From the human T2T-CHM13v2.0 reference genome, Homo sapiens: a stretch of 64,000 nt of DNA. Shown here piece after piece: positions 1-62,589 of this stretch. The translations under genes were made by a program, and so were the position numbers. Under the pieces are notes generated by a model that worked only from the letters and a program-made list of their open reading frames with translations, did no database searches and was not told the origin of the DNA. The DNA is taken from NCBI RefSeq assembly GCF_009914755.1, contig NC_060935.1; one strand, given 5' to 3'. Position 1 is the stretch's first letter; every line of letters starts with the position of its first letter.

Positions 1-53
1 GTATTCTTTAGTTGCCTGTTCCATCCATGTATCTAATATCTGTATTTCCTTGA

Positions 54-335
<282 letters not shown>

Positions 336-879
336 GTTGCCTGCCATCCAAAGGGGATGGGCGGGATTGGAAGAAGCTGTGGCAGCTCTTTTCCCTGTTC
401 ACCTCCCGCCTGCCAGGGAAGGCAGGACCCGCTCTGCCAAGGGCCCTCTGCGTATTCCCTTCTCTCTGAGGAATTGAAATTTTTGTCTCTGGTGCACGTA
501 AGGCAGAATGTTCCCTGACACCAGTGTGTGGATTTTTAACATCACCGTGAGTCTGAAAGGACCACAGGTTTTTCTGCAGCTATTTTCTAGCATTTGCCAG
601 TCCCTGTGCCTGGACTGATTGGAACACTTTGTTTTTCTCCCTGTGCCATTTACCCTTCCACCTTTCCATCCTGCCTTCTACCACCCTTGGATGAATGGAT
701 TTTGTAATTCTAGCTGTTGTATTTTGTGAATTTGTTAATTTTGTTGTTTTTCTGTGAAACACATACATTGGATATGGGAGGTAAAGGAGTGTCCCAGTTG
801 CTCCTGGTCACTCCCTTTATAGCCATTACTGTCTTGTTTCTTGTAACTCAGGTTAGGTTTTGGTCTCTCTTGCTCCACT

Positions 880-912
<33 letters not shown>

Positions 913-1335
913 CCTGAAGAGATGAGATAGGAGGAAAGACCTCACAGCCAGATCTGCTGGGTTTTGAGGAGTGATTTTCTTTCTTCCCCTTGAAGGGGAA
1001 AAAGCTATTTTCATTGGTACATTTAAAGTCCCCCAACTATGGGGAGGTACCAATTCTGGACAAGTGCCACTACAACAACACTAAACCTGAACTTTTCAAC
1101 TCCGTTGGTGGTGGGAGGCAGCGGGCAGAAATTTACTGTTGGCCACTGCCAGGTCTATTTCATATTTCAAAGGAATATTGGGTGCTGCATATAGGAACTG
1201 AAGGGGTCAATGTATTAAACCTGTGATTGGTTGTTTTCCTGTCATTTTGAGAGACTAAATGTGGGGGGCAGATGTCAAAATACCTGTACAATTTTAAAAT
1301 GTCACAATTAAACATGAGCTGGTTTCCCACAAAGT
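336..1335 (+). other. EI24: EI24 3' UTR with internal A30 tract (882-911); candidate poly(A) signals ATTAAA at 1214-1219 and 1307-1312
   Basis: Follows the stop codon; ATTAAA hexamers seen directly; exact cleavage site inferred. Confidence 0.7.
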
Positions 1336-1681
1336 GTCTAATGGTTGAATTTGCAAATCTTGATTTCGAGAAATGTATTCATGGAATATAAGACTTTGTC
1401 TTGGATAATTTAGTTACAGTTTTGAGAAATTAGCCCTGAAAAATGTTCCCTGAGAAAGCCTGGATTATATGATTATAATCACATTTATATTTGGTAGAAG
1501 AGTCAGATTATTACTTTTTCTAAAGTCTATATGTATATCGCTACTGTATATTCATGAAGGGAGAAAGACCCTCCTAGATATTGGTGTATTGAGTATTAAT
1601 CGAGGGAAGCCGTTAAACATCTGGTTAACAGAGACCTTTACTATGTGCAAGATAAAATATGGAATTAAAAATTGTTGCTGG

Positions 1682-2130
<449 letters not shown>

Positions 2131-2567
2131 TTGTTGCTGAGAGTTGTAAACCAAGTTTGAAGGTTTATGCGGTTGATGGAAGGAGGGTTTTTAAATGGTA
2201 GGCATCTTGGAAGTGAACACTTTCCAGCTTGGGCAGAAAAAATTGTAAAAGACATGGTTTAAAGTAAGGTTTACTTCCAACATTCTCCTATGACATCTCT
2301 GGTCATTTAACAATAGTATTGCAGACTACTTCCAGATTGCTATGGGTGTGGTTTGCAGAAGACTTCAGTATTTCATCAGCTTGTAAGTGATAAGTGATTG
2401 CCTTATTTAAGCTTAGTTTCTTAAAACTAAGTTTTAAAAGTAGGCTTAGTTATTTAAGCAGTCACATCTTTGCTTCCTGAAATTTATATTTGTACCATTT
2501 AGAAGCATCTCATAAACTATTGAAAAAAAAAATAGAAACATCTCAGTTTGGTTTAAAAGGGTGAAGG

Positions 2568-3016
<449 letters not shown>

Positions 3017-3739
3017 CTAGATTAGGCATATCTGTGATAAGAGAAATGTGACCATCTCAAATGAGTTATATACACAAAGCAGTGTAAATTTTTCCTGCCT
3101 TTCACGAGGGTATTGTCACTGAGAGCAGTGATTAGGAAATGGGTCAAAAAGAGACTATATTTTTGCCAAGTGCAGAATACCTGTTTGAGGCAGACTAATA
3201 ATTAGTAACCAAAAACAAGGGAGCTCACAAAACTAAAAATGAAAATTTGTTTGTTTTAATCACAAAACCAGTAGGATCTGAGGAATTGTTCCCAGAAGCA
3301 CTTTTCAAGGGATAGACATCACAGCTTGGACAGGTATATGTAATAGAAAACACAAGCCTTTTTATTCTATCTATAGAGCTGAGTTGTCTGCTATAGCAAC
3401 TCTCAAAATTAGAAAGTAGATGCTTTAGATCTGAGTACGTTAAGTCTGCTAGAAACGTAAATGACACATTCATGTACTGATGTGTTAACTGCTCTGCACT
3501 TAATAAAAGGATAGCATCTATGAGAGAAAAGGCAACTACAGTTGTCCATTCACTGTCTCCTCATTTTCCACCCACAAATAGTACTTTATTTTCTGATTAC
3601 AGCAGTAGTACGTTCATTCTGCTCCTTTATGTGTGTTTACCTCCATCATTGAGATTGCTCTGGTGAAGGTTACTGTTCATCAGTAGTGGGGTGGAATAGA
3701 TAGTTTAGCAGTCATCTCACCTTTTATTCACATATTCTG

Positions 3740-4038
3740 GGCTGGGTGCAGTGGCTCACGCCTGTAATTCTAGCACTTTGGGAGGCCGAGGCGGGCGGAT
3801 TATGGGGTCAGGAGATCGAGGCCATCCTGGCTAACATGGTGAAACCCCGTCTCTACTAAAAATACAAAAAATTAGCTGGGCGAGGTGGCACGCGCCTGTG
3901 GTCCCAGCTACTCAGGAGTCTGAGGCAGGAGAATCACTTGAACCTGCGAGGCAGAGGTTGCAGTGAGCCAAGATCGCACCACTGCACTCCAGCCTGGGCG
4001 ACAGAGTGAGACTCCATCTCAAAATAAAAAAAACAAAA
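3740..4038 (+). mobile_element. AluS (Sc-like)
   Basis: Full Alu with atattctg TSD. Confidence 0.9.
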
Positions 4039-4204
4039 CGATATTCTGCCAAAGTTGTATAACCTACAGCAGTTAAAAGGAAGCTGACTTCAGGTCAGTG
4101 CAATTTACACCTTTGTAACAACGAGAGCCATACACCAGTACAAATTTTGGATGGACCTAAAATGAGTCTGCAGAACCACTGAAGGATCAAGTGAGGGAAT
4201 TATG

Positions 4205-4370
4205 ACTTAATCACGTAACAAGCATTTGAGCACCTTCTCTGTCAGGTACTGAGCAAGGGACTGGGGACTCAAGGGTGAACCAAAAAGATATGATTACTGC
4301 CTTCTAGGACCTGACAGTCCAGTGAGAGAGACTGACAAGCAAATGACTATGCAAAAATTTCAAGAATTAC
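4205..4370 (-). mobile_element. L2 3' fragment
   Basis: aacaagcatttgagcacc...ctggggactcaagggtgaac resembles the reverse complement of the L2 3' end. Confidence 0.6.
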
Positions 4371-4639
4371 ATGATCAGCTATTTTTCCATAGGTCTCAAA
4401 GCTGGATAAAACACTGGAATTCAGGGAATCTTTGAGTAAGATGAGCAATTAGCCCATATGTTCAGCCTCTCCTTGTACTCATTCTGATTTCAAATTTAAA
4501 TATTCTGTAGTGCTTTGAGACCTAGAGAAAGAAAACAATGACCAATTAATCATTTAGGTAAGTTCCTCTAATCATTCCTCTTCACGAGGAATCAACATCG
4601 GAATCAGCTCAGCAGCTTTTCCAAAACACAAATAACAAC

Positions 4640-5720
<1,081 letters not shown>

Positions 5721-6128
5721 CTATGTCTTATTAAGACAAAACACCCAACCAAATAACACGAAACAGTGGAATCCAGAAGTGCATTCAGGGGAAATCCCAG
5801 TAATACAACTTTGCACACACGTAGAAACGTGGTTTCTGGAGAGAACAGCTTGGAGAACACAGATACTATTACTCTGGTGTGCTACAGATGAGATGAAGGC
5901 ATGAGTTTCGTTTGATTAATGATATACAAGAAAGGTAAACTGACGCTTTAAGAAAAATGAAAAGCTCTACGAAAAAGTTCTAACTTCTACATCAAAACAT
6001 TCCTTTTAAGCAACTGATGAAATAGTAAAAGCATTGTTTTCTGAAACAACCAGTTCAAAACTTTTGGACTTATAAATCAGGAGGGAGGAGGATTAACTGA
6101 TACACTATAATTCACGTATAAACTGTAG

Positions 6129-8168
<2,040 letters not shown>

Positions 8169-8419
8169 AAAACTCGTATTTTGAAGAAGCATTTACTCCA
8201 AGTTCTGTAATTCCTTCAGGCTCAGCTTCAGTTTCCTTTTGTTAAAGTAAAATTACATCGAACACTTACTACTAAAAACAAAACCAAAAAAAAGCAGATC
8301 TATTGAATCATAACGTCCTGGGGCGAGCCTGGTCATGTGGATTTTGAAAAAAATGCATGTGATTCTGAAGCAGTGATTTAAATAATGACCTTTCAATAAG
8401 TGGTGGGTTCCGTTCATGG

Positions 8420-9950
8420 GAGAATAGGAAACTGCGTGAGTGGTAGAGGCAACAAGTTCGAAGAGCTGCGGGACGTTCCCACTCTCTCTGGTGTAGCCTT
8501 GGCTCACCGAGGCGCGCAGGGAGTGGAAGTGCCTGAGGATAAAGGTGTGTACGTGCGAGTCTGAGATGATGGAATTGCTGCTCAAACTTCGTCCCCTTCT
8601 CTGCCCTCAGCAAACTTATTGGGGGTCGGGGAGCGCGTGGGGTGCGAGAGAAGAGAGGCAAGTTAGGATAGGGAGAGCGGCTCTCTGGCCGGTATTTTAA
8701 CAAAGGGCTGAACTGACTAAGCATGGCCGGGCTGCCTCCCGGTCTCCCGAGGAAGCCCGCTTGCTGCTGGGGAGGGCTGTGCCTCCGCGGCGGTGGCTGT
8801 CTCAGCTGGCAGTAGAAATGCTTCCAGCTTAGCCCCGACAACCCCTTTAGGCCTAGGCACGCTCTTTCACAAAACCAGGGGCTGTGAACTCTGTCAAGGT
8901 TCCCAGGTCCATCGCAGTTACCAGGGCACAGTAAAAGCTCGAGTCAACTATCAGGCACATCCTGCAAAAGACGAACTGTCTGGACCAGTCCGCGTTTGAG
9001 TTTTAATTGAGAATAAATAGGTAGAAAATGCTTCCCTCCTCTCCTTTCACCTTGTATTAGGTAACAATTTCTACCTTAAAAAAGACGGGAGACGAGCGGC
9101 TCCGCATTCCGAGTTACTGGGACTTGGAGCAAGGGCCTATTTCAGCGTAGTTTCCGCTTCTTGTCACATGACGGGAGTCAGTGGGCCGCGCCTTCCCACT
9201 GCGACTCCCCGTGGGTCCGCAAACCGACACGTCACTCCTCGGCCCTCAACCAAACTGCTTGGGGCACGTTCTTTCCGCGCTCTTGACTCCTACGCGCCGG
9301 CCTATGACAGCTCGGCGGGAGCATACAGACCTGCCTCTAGACTGCTAAGTGATAGCTGTAATGACCAATTAAAAACTTGAATCGCGGCCCGGTTTACGCC
9401 TCCGGATTTGACAGACAGTTCCGAGACCCTATCGCTCTCCAGAAGCGTCCTATTGGCCTGGAGCCAGCCAACGGGGGAGCGGTCCGGGAGGCGGACCCGG
9501 CTCCTGCCAGGGTTGGGTGCGCCGCTGAACGGATGGCTGAGGGAGCCCCGCGGATCGTTTAGGAAAGCCGGCCAGGTGAGAAGGCCGTAGAACGTAACTT
9601 GAAAATCAGCGGCAGGTGCAGTCCATGGCGTTGATGGGGCTGAACGAAGTGCAGGAGGCAAAACTCTAAATGGGGGTGGAGAGCAGAGCTTAGGGCCTTG
9701 CAGAGGAGGGGGCGTGGGGCGTGGTGTGGGGGCTTCCTGGATGGAAGGATGCGAAGGTCTAGGGAGGGAGGGTAAGGTGGGTCTTGAGAACAGAGCGTGG
9801 GAAAGACTGGGTCCTGGGACTAGTTATGGAGGGGAAGGCGCGTAGGATGCTGGGGTGATGAGTGTCCCGCGCTGAGGGGTATCAGAGGTGGTCAGTTCTT
9901 TGAGGGTGGGAAGAAGAGGGAGGTGGGACCCGCTGGAACGACCGGAAGGG
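8420..9950. promoter_or_regulatory. STT3A CpG-island promoter, probably bidirectional (an antisense lncRNA STT3A-AS1 is recalled at this locus)
   Basis: CpG-rich and TATA-less; CCAAT 9365-9369, ATTGG 9452-9456, GACACGTCA 9226-9234, GTCACATGAC 9163-9172; minus-strand donor-like TCG|GTGAGC at 8507. Confidence 0.8.
9460..9575 (+). other. STT3A: STT3A non-coding exon 1 (5' boundary approximate)
   Basis: Donor CAG|GTGAGA at 9575/9576 inside the CpG island, upstream of the ATG exon. Confidence 0.8.
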
Positions 9951-10564
9951 AGAAGAGAGTAAAAGATCGTGAGAGGGTGTGGAAACGTGTGTAGGAAAAC
10001 GGGGCTGGGGAAATTGCAGTCTGGGAAACTAGAGGCAGGGTGGCAGGAGATGCCACAGCTTGCAGGGCACAGTTGAGGAGAGCAGGTTGGTAAGTGTTTT
10101 AAGAAAGGTGTCTTTGCTCTTATTTGCTTGGCGGTGTGCGAAAGTGACCAAAGAGCACGAGATGAAATCTCCCTTACGGCCCTGCCCTCAATGACTAGCT
10201 CGTTTACTCAAGTTTTCAAGTAGAGATCCTAGCAGTCTCATTTTGGTGTGTGGCTCGTATCAACGCAGTGGTGTTAAGTTTGTTCCTATTTCAGGCATTC
10301 CAGAAAACAGCTGCAAACCCTGAGAGATATGGCTGGATTGTTGACCTCCTGGAGTAGTTAGGCCTTTATTTTTAGTTGCAAAGTAAGCTTTCCCTTTGGG
10401 ACTATACTTAAACACATTTCTAAACTGCTCTTCTGGGACAGTTAATTATGGAGAACATGCTTGACTTCTCAGTGTTGGGGCTAGCATTCTATATGCCTTC
10501 CACCTAGTCCAGTGTTGTTGTTGTTTTGTTTTTCTCCTTTATTCCAATAATAGTGGGAAAAAAG

Positions 10565-10870
10565 ATTCATGGAGGAGGATAGACAAACGTTTGTTAAGGG
10601 ATACACAAGTACAACTAGATAGGAATAAATTCTAGTGTTCTATAGGATAACTATTATTAGGAGTATAATTAACAACAAAAATACACAATTTGTTGTATAT
10701 TTTCAGATAGCTAGAAGAGTGGATTTTGAATATTCCTAAGACAAAAAAAATAAGGTGATGAATCTACTAATTATTTCCCGACTTGATCATTACACATTAT
10801 ATACATGTACCAAAATGTCACACTGTACTCCATAAATATGTACAATTATGTGTCAGTCAAAAAGAATAAA
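10565..10870 (+). mobile_element. L1MA-type 3' end
   Basis: gataggaataaattctagtgttctatag...cactgtactccataaatatgtacaattatgtgtca...aataaa, typical L1MA 3' UTR terminus. Confidence 0.75.
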
Positions 10871-10955
10871 AGCAAAACATCTTGAATGGTGTTGCATATC
10901 CTTTGTTATAGTCGTTATAACTTAGCTCTTGATCACCTTGTAATTTAAAAAAGTA

Positions 10956-11259
10956 GGTCTGGGCGTGGTAGCTCACGCCTGTAATCCCAGCACTTTGGGA
11001 GGCTGAGGTGGGCAGATCATGAGGTCAAGAGATCCAGACCACCCTGGCCAACATGGTGAAACCCCGTCTCTACTAAAAATACAAAAATTAGCTGGGCGTG
11101 GTGGCGCACACCTGTAGTCCCAGCTTCTCATGAGGCTGAGGCAGAAGAATCGCTTGAACCCAGGAGGTGGATGGAGGTTGCAGTGAGCCGAGATGGCACC
11201 ACTGCACTCTAGCCTGGCGACAGAGCAAGACTCCGTCTCAAAAAAAAAAAAAAAAAAAA
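10956..11259 (+). mobile_element. AluS
   Basis: Full Alu with A-tail. Confidence 0.9.
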
Positions 11260-11822
11260 GATAGTAGTACTGTCTTATACAAGAATAACTAACCTATGGT
11301 AGATTAGTGCTATATTGCTATATAAATAATTCATATCTGTCATGTGATTTCCATTTTGAACTGCCTACAGATAGTGTCCCTCAACATTTTAATCTACTTT
11401 TTTTAATCCCCCGACTCTTCTGCTTCAGTAGGAAAAATTCGTTTTCTTTCCCTCTAGATTATCATCTGATGCCATCAAACTGTCTGTGTAATTTAATCAG
11501 TCTCTTAAATCAGCATTGTCAGTTACAGAGAAGCCTTGAGACAGATGATTGGAAGCGGGTATAGATCTGAGCAGTCGTTACAGTCTGATATATGGGATGA
11601 GAGCACAGTGGATCTGTGTTTGGGTACCTCCACCTCTTTTTGAGTGCATGATTGTACCTGCATTAGTTATCAGGTATGCTGTTAGTTGACCCGACAGCCC
11701 CATTGGGATTTGGAAAAGAAAAAAGTTTATAGCCATTCAGTTGAAGTTTAAATTTAGGGCTCGAAATTGTGTTGATTCAGTCGTGACTTCTATTTTTCCT
11801 CTTAATGCCTTTCACTTCTTCT

Positions 11823-12090
11823 TCTTTTTTTTTTTTCCTTTTTAAAGAGAGGAGGTCTGGCTCTATTGTCCAGGCTGGAGTGCAGTGGTGTGATCCTAGC
11901 TCACTGCAGCCTCCAACTCCTGCCTCAGCCTCCTGAGTAGCTGGGACTGCAGGTGCAGACCACCAAGCCTGCATAATTTTAAACAGTTTTTTGTGGAGAT
12001 GGGGTTTTGCTGTATTGCTCAGATTGGTCTTGAACTCCTGGCTTCAAGCGATCCTCCCTCCTTAGCCTCTGAAATTGCTGGGGCTTGCAC
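11823..12090 (-). mobile_element. AluJ with internal deletion
   Basis: Diverged reverse Alu. Confidence 0.8.
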
Positions 12091-12497
12091 TTCTGGTCTC
12101 AATGTTTATTTCCTGCTTCCCCCCCTCCGCCCCTGCCACCCCATATAGTCCTGCCTTTTCTTGAGTGCTCTCTTTCTCCATTTTATTATTTTTCAGTATT
12201 TCCAATCTTTCCTGTTTATTTTTTCATCTCTTCCTTGTGCTATACTATTGCTAATTGTGCTTATGTACTTGTTAGCTGTGAAGGAGTGGGAAATAGAATT
12301 ATGGATGGTTTATTCTGACCACTCCATTTTAGTCTTGACACATAGACCTGACTTGTGCCTACTTCCTTGCAAGTTGATCATACTTTAGGCCAGGCTTGGA
12401 TACTAGTATTAGCCTTGACCCTGTCTGGTGTTTTTGCTAGCTCCTACGTCCTTTATGATTCCCTCTCATCATAAAATATGAAAATTAAGTAAATTGA

Positions 12498-39713
<27,216 letters not shown>

Positions 39714-40502
39714 GAGTGGGACCCAAAAAAGCTGATTGAAAGGTCTGTTTGTAGGGGGTGTAGATGGGGATTAATAATGTGGGTTTCAATCTACTGTGAT
39801 CTGGCTGGGCTGTTACATTGGGAAATCCATGATATTGATTTTTAGATTTTTATCTTTTGCATAGGTAAGATTCCCTTGAGAAGGCTTGCATATTCTCTTA
39901 CTCAAGGATGTAAGCCAGGCAGTCAGCTTTCTGGGAGTAGAGTAGGGAAAGAAGTTGTAACAGGCTCAACCTTCAGTGGATAAAACTTAAACTTAATCCC
40001 TCCGTTTTCAGTAAGGTGCCCAAGCTTTTAACTGTGCCTAATGGTCTCCAGTTCACATACTGTGCATTTACCCTCTTAAATCTCGTACCAGCTTTGGGGA
40101 GGGACAGTTCCTTGGTTACATAGAAAGGGAAGGGATACGGGGATCTATTTGTTTTTTATGTAGCCTTTAAACCTACCCCTTTTAGCCCCATTTTTACCTC
40201 CACCTTCAGTTACCTGGTGTCACCAGTTCAACTTGAGCTTTTTCAGAGTTCTGTGATGTTAATTCTGCTTTCCATTGCTAGCTTTGGGATTCATCTTCAT
40301 TACCTTTCATCTAAAGGCTTTCTGCTTTCCAAAATGTGTCTCATACTCTGTTCTTATGGGTTCTTTTAAATATTGGTATCCTTTACTATTAAAATATTTT
40401 AGTGGGCTTTCAGAAGAGAATAGAGGCTATTTCTATGTATTCTGTCTTTAACTGGTATTCTGCTGGAGTCTGTATATCTTTTTTTTTTTTTTTTTCAGGC
40501 TA

Positions 40503-41588
<1,086 letters not shown>

Positions 41589-41739
41589 AGGAGCCACTGC
41601 GCCCGGCCAGTGCTGGAGAATGTAATGGAGATGATCCTGCCTATCCCTGAGTTCCAGTCTAGTTTACTGTCAGAGAATACTTATTTCCATTTTTCCTATT
41701 TTGTTCTTGAGTCTCTTTCCTCAGAATTTACTTTTCCAC

Positions 41740-43200
41740 TTAAATGACGTACGCAGCTTTTAAATTTGCGTTGTAAGATTTATTTTGGCTCTCCCCGCCT
41801 GTTCTTTGCACATTAAAAATGAAAAAGTTTGTAGAACTAAGCTAAGCAGATGGTCTTCCTGCAAAAAGACCGGGCTGAAGTAAAGCATTGTTTTGGAGCT
41901 GGTTCACAGAAAAAAGGCAAAACTGGTTATCCTGACCCTCAAGCTCCAACATAAACTGCTCGCTTTCTCCGGGAAACTTGCCCCGCCACACACACTTGAC
42001 TGCGTGGCCAGTTCTTTCGAAGCCTCTCGCTCCCAACACGGAGTTCCTCCCATTTCTTCACAGTCGGCTCTCAGCAGCTGCTGCTGGTTTCTCGGCTCCA
42101 GCACCACGAGTACCGCACTCTGAGGTTTACAAAGCACTCTGCTTCACCGACTGTGATCCTCACAGTCCTGTCCGGTGGCCTCACGCAGGTGGCGGTGCAG
42201 CCTTTCAGGCCCAGAGCGGCCAGGAGCGAAGCCCGCAGCCCCGCCTGGAAGCGCAGCGCGGTCGGTCGCGCGCCCCTGAGGCTTGGAGGCCTGGGCTTCC
42301 CCCAGCAGCGCTCGAGCACCGCCCAGTCGAGCCTCACACCGGATGCCACTTCATATTTGGGCCCAGAGCTCAATTCGCGCCGATGCGGTCCGCCGTCCTT
42401 AAATCTCTTCAGCCAGGATCTCTCCCCGACTGCAAAGCAGCCCTGGGCGGGAGCGGCAACATCTCCACGTCACCCTTTTGGAGCCGCCGACATTCAGAGG
42501 GGCAGGACACGGGAACGCGCGCTGTCTTGCTTTACGGCGCGGGTGCGCGAGTTTGCGGCAGCGTGACGCCCTCAAGTTTTGGCGGGAAAAGCGCTGCATT
42601 TGGATTCCTGCAGTGGTGGGCAAAGGACAGTCCGGTGAGGAAGGGCGGCCGGTAGAGTAGGGAAGGTTTCTAAAGAAGGAGTTCGGGGTCTAGATTAGTG
42701 AGGGAGGGCATGGTGGGAGAAAGTTAGCATTGACTAGCGCAGGGGATTGGAGAGACTCCTGCGGAGGGGCGGTTTCGGAGGGTGGAGGAATGGTACCAGG
42801 AGGTTCCCGTTGTGGGGGCGGGGGCAGGAGGGACTAACCCGCTGCTAGCTAAGAACCCCAAGGAAGAGTCCCAGCCCTTCCTTTCGCCTCTGGGGGCAGT
42901 TTGGCCCCGCCCCGGCCTTTGGGACGGGTGGGGCTGTGGATGGGGATGGGAATTGGAATTGAGCAATTGGGAGGAGGCGCTGCCGCAGGCGTTTTCTGCC
43001 CCATACCGCTCCCTATATCCTCTTCCTCTCTTCCCCAGACCCCCACCTCTCCCTCCTCCTTCCCCAGTCGTTCGCCGGAAAGCATTTGTCTCCCACCTCT
43101 TCATAACAACAATTAATTTCCTCTGGGGCCTGAGGAGGGCAGAATTTCAACCTTCGGTGTGCTTGGGAGTGGCGATTGTGATTTACACGACAAAATGGTC
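41740..43200 (+). promoter_or_regulatory. CHEK1: CHEK1 CpG-island promoter and alternative first-exon region
   Basis: CpG-rich; E2F site TTTTGGCGGGAAAA 42577-42590; GC boxes; donors CCG|GTGAGG (42634) and ATG|GTCAGG (43197). Confidence 0.85.
42577..42590. promoter_or_regulatory. Near-palindromic E2F binding site
   Basis: TTTTGGCGGGAAAA, reverse TTTTCCCGCCAAAA; CHEK1 is an established E2F target. Confidence 0.8.
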
Positions 43201-43255
43201 AGGTTTAGAATAGTTGTTCGTGGTTGAAAGACTTGGATAAATGTGGATGAGATAG

Positions 43256-61273
<18,018 letters not shown>

Positions 61274-61361
61274 GTGTGTTTCATTGATTTTCATTATACC
61301 TTTTCCTGAAGAAGAATTTAAATATTTGAGTAAAAGCTATCATTAGTATATTTTTTAAATA

Positions 61362-61650
61362 TAGGCTGTGGCTCACACCTGTAATCCCAGCTTTTTGGGA
61401 GGCTGGGGTGGGCGGATCACCTGAGGTCAGGGGTTCGAGACCAGCCTGGCCAACATGGTAAGACCCTGTCTCTACTAAAAGCACAAAAATTAGCCGGCCT
61501 GGTGGTGCATGGCTGTAATCCCAGCTTCTCGGGAGGCTGAGGCACGAGAATTGCTTGAACCTGGAAGACGGAAGTTGCAGTGAGCCGAGATCCTGCCAGT
61601 GCACTCCTGCGTGGCCAACAGAGTGAGACTGTCTCAAAGAAAACCAAACA
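61362..61650 (+). mobile_element. AluS
   Basis: Alu body. Confidence 0.85.
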
Positions 61651-62589
61651 AACATAAAAATACAAAGTAATTAGTTAATTTGAAAAAGAAACTATTTAAG
61701 TAAAATGTTCTTTACTTTAAGAAATAATACTTTTTTTTATTTTGTTTTATTTTTTAATTTTTAATTTTTAGCCACTGTGCCTGGCCTAAGAAATAATATT
61801 TCTTAAAAGACCTTTTTATTGTTATTAAAAATAGTAGGGAGCTGGAATCATTATCTTTGTAAAAACTATGTATACTTAAACTGTAGACAATAACAGTTGA
61901 CTGCCTACTATGAAAGACGAATACATTAGCAATCCCACACTTTCTCCCATCTCCCTTGATTGCACCCGTCAATTTTTATTGTTTATATTATTAGAGCATA
62001 GTTATAACATTGGTATTCTAAACTGTCTTTAAGGCTTTTCAAAAAAAATGTTAATGTCAATGAAAGACAAATAGGGTAGCTGTTTTTTACTCAAGGAGAC
62101 TAAAGAGGCCTGATAACTAAGTGCAAGTGCAATGCATGATCTTTCACTAGATCATGTATTTGAAAAAAACTATAACGGACATTATTGGAACAATTGGGGA
62201 AATTTGAATATGGACTGTATATTAATTAGGTAATGTTTTTGTATCAGCGTCAGATTTCTTGGGTGTGATAATACTGTGGTTTGTAGGAGAATGCCCTTGT
62301 TCAAAGGAGAACAAGTGTCAAAGCAAAGTTGAAGTGAAGTGATATTTTCATTCAGCTTAAAATTTAAAAAAATAAAGGGCAAACAACTACATAAAGGCCA
62401 ATAAACACACACATATCTGGTAGATAAGGCCAATGAAGAGTATATGGTTATTTATTATACTCTTTTTTCAGTTTTTCTGTAGATTCGAGTTTTCAAAATT
62501 AAAAATTGGGGGAACTGTTACTGTGTAGAAATCTGAGGTCAGCCTGATAGTCTTCTCACTCACATAGGTGATTCACTTTCTTTCAGGTA

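Noticed and set aside
9365-9456. Possible ERSE elements at the CCAAT boxes
   Set aside because: No CCACG at the required spacing; treated as plain NF-Y boxes
8308-9661. Long overlapping ORFs (177 aa, 119 aa and others) in the STT3A promoter
   Set aside because: GC-rich CpG island depleted of stop codons; low-complexity Pro/Arg content with no recognisable domain
41978-42382. 5' portion of the 225-aa ORF at the CHEK1 promoter
   Set aside because: Starts at TTG; only the part from ATG 42383 is considered, as part of the alternative-frame finding
42724-43213. ORFs of 126 and 143 aa in the CHEK1 5' region
   Set aside because: CpG-island artefacts with no homology signal
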